From Dehalococcoidia bacterium (GTDB lineage Bacteria; Chloroflexota; Dehalococcoidia; Plut-88900), in contig OZ240215.1 in the NCBI GenBank assembly GCA_965197585.1, positions 1,120,001-1,184,000 on the forward strand: a stretch of 64,000 bases of DNA, written 5' to 3'. The translations under genes and the position numbers were made by a program. The stretch's first letter is position 1; each line of letters opens with the position of its first letter. The notes under the pieces are model-generated. The model ran no database searches and was not told where the DNA came from. It was given only the letters and a program-made list of their open reading frames with translations. Shown here piece by piece: positions 58,315-64,000 of the stretch.

Positions 58315-59434
58315 TCAACTCCAAGCCAATCTCTGCGAGGGCGTCGACGAGGCGGTCGGTTTCTTCCGGCTTGCCGACGCTGATTCGGAAGCAGTTTTTC
58401 AAGTTAGGCCTATCATAATACCGGACAAATATATTGCGCTGCTTCAGCAGGTTGAAGACATGCTCACCGTTGCCTCGGGTGACGTTGCAGAGGATGTAGT
58501 TGCCCTCGGAGGGGATGGGTGAGAGGAAGTCGAGACCCTGCAGGAAATCGAAGAGCCGGGCTCTTTCCTTCACAAGGGCCTGGACGTTGCGCATCAGGTA
58601 ATCCCGGTCTAGTAGAGACTCCAGAGCGGCTATCTGGGCAAATACGCTGATGTTGTAGGGCTGCTTGATCTGGTTGAGGTAGGCACAGACTTCCGGGGAG
58701 ACGATGGCGTAGCCGATTCGAACGCCGGCCAGGCCCGCCCACTTGCTGAATGTCCTAACTACCATCAGGTTTTCGTAGTCGTTGACCAAGTCGGCGAGGG
58801 TGTGGCCTGCAAACTCGAAGTAAGCCTCGTCGATGACAACAAAAAGGCCCATTTCCAGCAGGGCTATCACCTGCTCCCGTGGGACGCTGTTGCCGGTGGG
58901 GTTGTTTGGGGAGGCGAGAAAAATGAGCTTGGTCCGTTCGTCGGTGGCGGCTTTTATGGCGTCGAGGTCAATCCCGTAATCAGATGTGCGTTCGAGCTCA
59001 ATAAGTTGGCCGCCGGCTACGTCGGTGAGGAACTTGTACATGCCGAATGTGGGGATACAGCTGAGCACTTTGTCACCCGGTTCCAAGAGGAGACGGATGA
59101 TCATGTCGAGGACTTCGTCAGAGCCGTTGCCGACGATAATGTTCTCGGTGGCGAGCCCGGCGTACTCGGCGAGGGCGGCGCGTAGGGTGCGCTGCTCGGC
59201 GTCGGGGTAGGTGTGGAGGGCCTCGCTTTCAGATATGGCCTGGAGGACGTGGGGGGAGGGACCGTAGGGGTTTTCGTTGGCGTCCAGCTTTACGGGGGTC
59301 AGCGCGACCCCAGATGAGGCTGAAGCCTCAGCGACCAGGCGCTCTACAGGGACGACGGGGGTGTAGCCCGCGAGGTGACGGAGGTCGGGGCGCATGAGGT
59401 CACGGATTGAGGGTCGAGACTTTCTCGTATCCAT
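58307..59434 (-). CDS. hisC: Histidinol-phosphate aminotransferase
   Basis: KLDANENPY, GNGSDE, SPNNPTG, IDEAY, RTFSK..GLAG.RIGY. Confidence 0.95.
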   Translation of the reverse strand: MDTRKSRPSIRDLMRPDLRHLAGYTPVVPVERLVAEASASSGVALTPVKLDANENPYGPSPHVLQAISESEALHTYPDAEQRTLRAALAEYAGLATENIIVGNGSDEVLDMIIRLLLEPGDKVLSCIPTFGMYKFLTDVAGGQLIELERTSDYGIDLDAIKAATDERTKLIFLASPNNPTGNSVPREQVIALLEMGLFVVIDEAYFEFAGHTLADLVNDYENLMVVRTFSKWAGLAGVRIGYAIVSPEVCAYLNQIKQPYNISVFAQIAALESLLDRDYLMRNVQALVKERARLFDFLQGLDFLSPIPSEGNYILCNVTRGNGEHVFNLLKQRNIFVRYYDRPNLKNCFRISVGKPEETDRLVDALAEIGLELNG

Positions 59435-59436
59435 GT

Positions 59437-60783
59437 TCAGTCTCCGGCGCTGCTAACGGAATGCTGGGCCGTGCGAACCTCCAGGGAGCGGGCGTGGGAC
59501 TCGAAGCCCTCCTGTCGGGCAATCTCGATGCCGTGGGCCAGAAGGGGGCCCGCCTCTTCTTCCGACAGGGAGATTATAGACATGGATTTTAGAAAGTCAT
59601 TAACGCCGAGGGCAGAACTATAACGAGCGGCGCCTGCCGTGGGGAGGGCGTGGCTCGGGCCTGCGACGTAGTCCCCGAGAACGTGGGGAGAGTGGTCTCC
59701 CAGGAACAGCGCCCCGGCGTTCTTGACGAGGCCGACATAGCGGTCGGCGTTGCGGACCATGAGGCAGAGATGCTCCGGGGCGTAGAGGTTGGAGAGATCG
59801 ATGGCCTGTTCGATGGATTCGGTGACGATGATAGCGCCGTTTGCGTCCATGGACTGGGTGAGTATATCCAGGCGCTGGGAGCGCTGACGGAGGCCGGTGA
59901 GCTCCGCTTCGACCCGCTCGGCGAAGGCAGGGGAGTTGGTGATAAGGATAGAAACGGAGTCGGGGTCATGTTCGGCCTGGGCGAGGATGTCGGCGGCGCA
60001 CCAGGAGGGTGAAATGTGGTCATCGGCGACGGTGACGGCCTCGGTGGGGCCCTGGATGGTGTCGACGCCGACGGTCCCGAAGACCATGCGCTTGGCCGTC
60101 TGGACGAAGACGTTGCCGGGGCCGAAAATCTTGTCCACTGCGGGGATAGACTCGGTGCCGTAAGCAAGAGCGGCAATGGCCTGAGCGCCCCCGATGGCGA
60201 ATACCCTATCGACGTTTGCGATGGCGGCGGCGGCAAGGACGACGGGCGCGATTGAGCCATCGGGACGGGGGGGAGTTACCAGAACGATCTCCCGGACGCC
60301 CGCGACTCGGGCGGGAATGGCAGTCATAAGGACGGTAGAAGGATAAACGGCGGTGCCGCCGGGAACGTATAGGCCGACCCTGTCCAGTGCGGTGACTCTC
60401 TGGCCGAGGCCGTTGCTTGTGAAATCACGGATGGTGTGCCTGGCAAGTTCGGTCTGGTAGTCCTCAATGCGGCGGGCGGCGAATCTCAGGGAGTCGGCGA
60501 CATTGGGGGGGATTTGGTCCAGGGCGGTATTAAGGTCGCTTTGGGGGATTTCGAGGGAGTCGGGGGACAGGTTGTCGATGCGGCGGAGGTAATCGAAGAG
60601 AGCGGCGTCGCCTTGGGTACGGACGTCGTCGAGGATGCGGGCGACGGCGTTGGGCAAAGAGAGGGGCTCGCCGAATACGCGTTCAATGCCAGCGGCGACT
60701 TTGGGGCTTAGAGGAGCGTCGGGGCCGCCGTGGAGCCGACCGAGGAAGCCCCGGGCCTCGGTCAAGTCGGTGATGACTCTCAA
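59437..60783 (-). CDS. hisD: Histidinol dehydrogenase
   Basis: VGLYVPGG.A.YPS, GGAQAIAALAYG, GPGN, AQAEHD, APEHL, GDY.AGPSH.LPT. Confidence 0.96.
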   Translation of the reverse strand: MRVITDLTEARGFLGRLHGGPDAPLSPKVAAGIERVFGEPLSLPNAVARILDDVRTQGDAALFDYLRRIDNLSPDSLEIPQSDLNTALDQIPPNVADSLRFAARRIEDYQTELARHTIRDFTSNGLGQRVTALDRVGLYVPGGTAVYPSTVLMTAIPARVAGVREIVLVTPPRPDGSIAPVVLAAAAIANVDRVFAIGGAQAIAALAYGTESIPAVDKIFGPGNVFVQTAKRMVFGTVGVDTIQGPTEAVTVADDHISPSWCAADILAQAEHDPDSVSILITNSPAFAERVEAELTGLRQRSQRLDILTQSMDANGAIIVTESIEQAIDLSNLYAPEHLCLMVRNADRYVGLVKNAGALFLGDHSPHVLGDYVAGPSHALPTAGAARYSSALGVNDFLKSMSIISLSEEEAGPLLAHGIEIARQEGFESHARSLEVRTAQHSVSSAGD

Positions 60784-61526
60784 GAGAGGTATTCCCCGGC
60801 GATATCAACGAACTTGTCGATGGCTTTGGCTCTAAAGGAGGCGATGACGTGGTCGGGGGCCTGTTCTTTGGCTCGGGAGAGGAGCTCCGGGCCCTGGGCA
60901 ATGACGGATGTCATCGTGCCTTCATCATCCTTAAGGTTCTGGGGCAGGGCCTTCCTTACAAAGCGCCTCAGGTGGTCCCATCCGAGGTCCATGGAAGTGC
61001 GCTCTGTCATCACGTCTTTCCAGCGGCGCAGGAGGTCGGCGTCTATGAAGGAGACGTTGACACCGGTGTCGGCGTCCTTAAGAGCCTCCAGGACGCCATC
61101 CAGATCTCGGATGCCGTTGCGTTCTCGCTTGTCCAATTCGAACTGGAGGACTCGGTCGAGGACGTTGGTGAGCGGGTCGGCGGAGGTCTTTTTGCCAAAA
61201 TAGGGGCGGTAGACACCGGCGATCCAATGTTCGTCGGTGACCAGGTGGCACATATAGCCGAGGACGAAGGCGCGGGTCTCGTGTCCGAGTTTTGCGGCGT
61301 CAGAGAGCTCAGGATAGGTATCGAAGAGGCCCTGAATGCCTTTGCCGGGCTGGTCGTTGGCAAGGTCGAAGAAGTGGGTGCGGTATCGGTCCCAGCCGGC
61401 GAGGTTCCGGACGTCGGGGGCGGTGGAGCCGAGAAGGTAGCTGCCCGAGTAGTCGGTCAGGAGGGGGTGGCCGAGGGCTCTGGCAGCGTCGTCGGCAAAG
61501 GAGATATGGAGCGAGGAGTTGGGCAT
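60780..61526 (-). CDS. Zinc-dependent phospholipase C/S1-P1-like family protein
   Basis: MP...H, YLLGSTAPD, THF, GY.CHL.TD..W motifs; 4 nt after the hisG stop and overlaps the hisD start (TTGA). Confidence 0.75.
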   Translation of the reverse strand: MPNSSLHISFADDAARALGHPLLTDYSGSYLLGSTAPDVRNLAGWDRYRTHFFDLANDQPGKGIQGLFDTYPELSDAAKLGHETRAFVLGYMCHLVTDEHWIAGVYRPYFGKKTSADPLTNVLDRVLQFELDKRERNGIRDLDGVLEALKDADTGVNVSFIDADLLRRWKDVMTERTSMDLGWDHLRRFVRKALPQNLKDDEGTMTSVIAQGPELLSRAKEQAPDHVIASFRAKAIDKFVDIAGEYLS

Positions 61527-61530
61527 CCCA

Positions 61531-62550
61531 CTAAACCGACGTTTCCACCGGGGCGCGCCCCAGCTGTTCGAGCAGGTTGTCGTAGGTTGTGCACTTGGAT
61601 TCGAACACGTAGGTAGTGGGGAAAACGATGATGCCGTTCCCACCTGTGCCTCGGATATGGTCAACAGCGGTAATTACTTTGTCGCGCTCGACGACCATGG
61701 TGACGGCGTACCAGCCTGTCTCCCCGTCTTTGCTGAAGACCTGGGAGACGGTTGGCCCCTCAATACCTGCGATATCGGGGTGGGACTGGATGTGACCTGC
61801 GATCTGGGCGGGGGATTCCCCCTGAATATTGGCGATGATGCTGTAGTACTCGGAGGCGCGGAGTCGGGCTTCTATAAGCTCAAGGAGGATGCGGACACCA
61901 GCGAGGGCGTCGGCATCCCGGCTCAGGAGGTCCTTGTTGGCAAATAGGCAGGCCTGGGACTTCACAACCGTCCCGCCGGATATCGTCTTGAGCTGGTTCT
62001 CCCGGAGGGTGTTGCCGGTGGAAGTGATGTCGACGATGAAGTCGGCGTAGCCCATAGCGGGGGCGGCTTCGAGGGTACCACCGGCCTCGATTATGGAGAA
62101 GTTGGAGACACCGTGCTCCTGTAGGTATTTCTCAGTGAGGTGTGGGTATTTGGTTGCGACTCGGAACGGGACCCCATCCTCTTGAAATTGATGTGAGATG
62201 GTAACGAGGTCACCGGCATTAGAGACCTCTTCCCAAGTCTCGGGGACGGCGAGTACGAGGTCTGCGCCGCGGAAGCCCAGGCTTTCTACAAGTAGCATGG
62301 AGGACCCGCCATCGGGATGTGCTTCAAGGTACTGGTCCAAGCCAGCAAGGCCAATTTCTGCGGCGCCAGATTCGACCTGCTTTGGGATGTCGGCGGCGCG
62401 CTGGAAGAGGACTACGGCCCCGGGGACGGCGGGCATGGTGCCAGTGTAGCGCCGGGCGGTGACCCTCTTAACGGGGAGGCCGCATGAGTCCAGGAAATCA
62501 AGGGTAGGGTCCAGCCAGTCGGCGTTGCTGGGCAGGGCTATGCGGAGCAT
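61531..62550 (-). CDS. hisG: ATP phosphoribosyltransferase (long form)
   Basis: LRIALP, RAADIP..V..G, RVATKYP, GTLEAAP..G.ADFIVDITSTG.TLRENQL; C-terminal regulatory extension. Confidence 0.95.
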   Translation of the reverse strand: MLRIALPSNADWLDPTLDFLDSCGLPVKRVTARRYTGTMPAVPGAVVLFQRAADIPKQVESGAAEIGLAGLDQYLEAHPDGGSSMLLVESLGFRGADLVLAVPETWEEVSNAGDLVTISHQFQEDGVPFRVATKYPHLTEKYLQEHGVSNFSIIEAGGTLEAAPAMGYADFIVDITSTGNTLRENQLKTISGGTVVKSQACLFANKDLLSRDADALAGVRILLELIEARLRASEYYSIIANIQGESPAQIAGHIQSHPDIAGIEGPTVSQVFSKDGETGWYAVTMVVERDKVITAVDHIRGTGGNGIIVFPTTYVFESKCTTYDNLLEQLGRAPVETSV

Positions 62551-62667
62551 GGTCTCGGCGGGGCGTTGTAGAACGGTCTATTCATGAGTTTATGCATGAT
62601 GAATTCTACATTAAGGCCAAAGGCCAGTAAATGAGGGCGGGGGTTGGATTGCTCCAATGACAGGTAT

Positions 62668-63000
62668 CTATTGGCGAGGCTGTGCCTCGGCGCGCTTGAA
62701 GACGCTCTCTCCATCGATCCAGACTCGGCCTTCGACGGACTTGGATCGGAGGGCGCCGGAGTCGCAGAGCTGCTGAACCCGCTGCCGTGAGACCCCGAGA
62801 AATACGGAGGCGCGCTTGATGCTGACATAGCCGGCGGGGCGTTTCCGTGCCTCGCGGCGGCGCAGGAGCTTCTTGACGGACTCCTCGGTGACACCGTCAC
62901 CAACCACCTTCAGGTCGCCCCTGTCGATGAGCCTGTGGACCCATAGGGGTTTGACATTCAGGCGTCGGGCGGTCTCCCAGCAGGTCAGGGATTGGGGCAT
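62668..63000 (-). CDS. Tandem excisionase-like (HTH_17) DNA-binding protein
   Basis: Two units: ETARRLNV..WVHRLIDRGDL and SIKRASVFLGVSRQRVQQL..SG.L...GRVWI; aaaggag SD. Confidence 0.7.
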   Translation of the reverse strand: MPQSLTCWETARRLNVKPLWVHRLIDRGDLKVVGDGVTEESVKKLLRRREARKRPAGYVSIKRASVFLGVSRQRVQQLCDSGALRSKSVEGRVWIDGESVFKRAEAQPRQ

Positions 63001-63381
63001 GTGGGCTCCTTTCGGAGGGAGGGTAGCACCTAGGATGTCGGGTGGCAAGGGTTGGGAATTGCATATCAGGGTACGGGTGGCAAGGGATAGGCCATAGCAA
63101 CCTGGGGTATTGGATGCAATAGGGATGAATCATGCCTGGAGAGGGGAATCCAGCCCTGCATCCACACGATCCTCTGTTCCGTCTCACAACGAACTTTCAG
63201 CAGGGCCAAGGTGAATGCGGGTCAAGGCCTGGTATCTGAGTGACACAAGGAGGAAGGGTATGAGGTGGACGACCACGGGAGTCACTCTTACTAGGTAGGG
63301 ATTACCCTCACACCCCAGCCCTCTCTCGTCAAAGGGAGAGGGGAGTTGTGGGAGAAGGGAAAATTGCATGGGAATGAATAA

Positions 63382-63422
63382 AAGGCATCGGCGGGAGCAG
63401 ACACTGCTCCCGCCGATGCCTT
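63382..63422 (-). terminator. Terminator-like hairpin after the RidA gene
   Basis: 19-bp perfect stem aaggcatcggcgggagcag/ctgctcccgccgatgcctt. Confidence 0.65.
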
Positions 63423-63461
63423 ATGTCCAGGGCGATTTATGTCCAGACGAAGGGGTGCCCC

Positions 63462-63878
63462 CTAACGGGCGCAGAGGAATTCGAATTCTACGAAGAATCC
63501 GGGTCGGGCGAGGGCGCTGATGAGTCTCAGAGTGCCTGCGGCTGGCTTCACCGCCACGTCCTTGAAGCAGTTCGCCCAAACGGCGTATATGCCTTCTCGA
63601 TTCTCAGGCGAATCCGAGTCCACGGTAATCGTCGGTTCGACGCGGATGACGTCGTCGACGGACCAGCCCTCGGCTTCGAGCATTCCGACCAGGGAGTCGA
63701 AGACGGCCTGCGTCTGTGCTACGGCATCGCCTGGGTGTCGAACATTGCCGTCGCTGTCGGCGTCGATCTGGCCGGTGAGGAGGAGGAGCTCGCTGAATCC
63801 GGAGACTTTGAGGCCCCAGTTAAATACGTGGCTGCGGTCTGGGGCGTCTGACAGTGGGAGGGGTTTTTTGGTGGCCAT
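63462..63878 (-). CDS. RidA/YjgF family protein (atypical subfamily)
   Basis: LTGQI..D..G, D..AQT, ISALARP..VEFE; aaaggag SD. Confidence 0.8.
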   Translation of the reverse strand: MATKKPLPLSDAPDRSHVFNWGLKVSGFSELLLLTGQIDADSDGNVRHPGDAVAQTQAVFDSLVGMLEAEGWSVDDVIRVEPTITVDSDSPENREGIYAVWANCFKDVAVKPAAGTLRLISALARPGFFVEFEFLCAR

Positions 63879-64000
63879 GGTGGGTTCTCCTTTTCGGTTT
63901 GTGGTGGTCTTTGTGAGGGGATGGCCGTGGGTGGGGAGTCAGGGCGACCGGCCGAGCCTGTCTCACAAGTGGGGTGGGGTGTGGCAAGAGTGAAGGGCTA

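Noticed and set aside
62551-62667. His leader peptide or T-box attenuator
   Set aside because: No His-codon run, T-box motif or terminator hairpin evident
63260-63298. Thr-rich mini-ORF MRWTTTGVTLTR after aaggagg (leader-peptide-like)
   Set aside because: It points toward the end of a convergent gene, with no downstream biosynthetic gene to attenuate; probably chance

Overview
High-GC bacterial chromosomal segment, probably Chloroflexota/Dehalococcoidia (SAR202-like). This taxonomy is inferred from the rpmH-rnpA-yidD-PQQ propeller-yidC-jag arrangement and from many paralogous LLM monooxygenases, amidohydrolases, SDRs, GMC oxidoreductases and class III CoA-transferases. The window also holds tRNA-Ala(TGC), an archaeal-type PEP carboxylase, a binding-protein/histidine kinase/REC-PP2C signalling module, an intact IS481-family element with TSD, a partial his operon (hisG-X-hisD-hisC-hisB), and many REP/MITE-like intergenic repeats. 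Best candidates for new biology: (1) an LLM-class oxidoreductase with one in-frame TGA followed by a SECIS-like hairpin (putative selenoprotein); (2) 21-nt micro-modules inserted into other repeats; (3) a repeat whose second hairpin is largely rewritten by compensatory changes; (4) a Zn-dependent phospholipase C-like gene coupled inside the his operon; (5) a sharp G/C strand-skew switch at about 57.6 kb. All family calls come from motif recognition by eye; no database searches were run.
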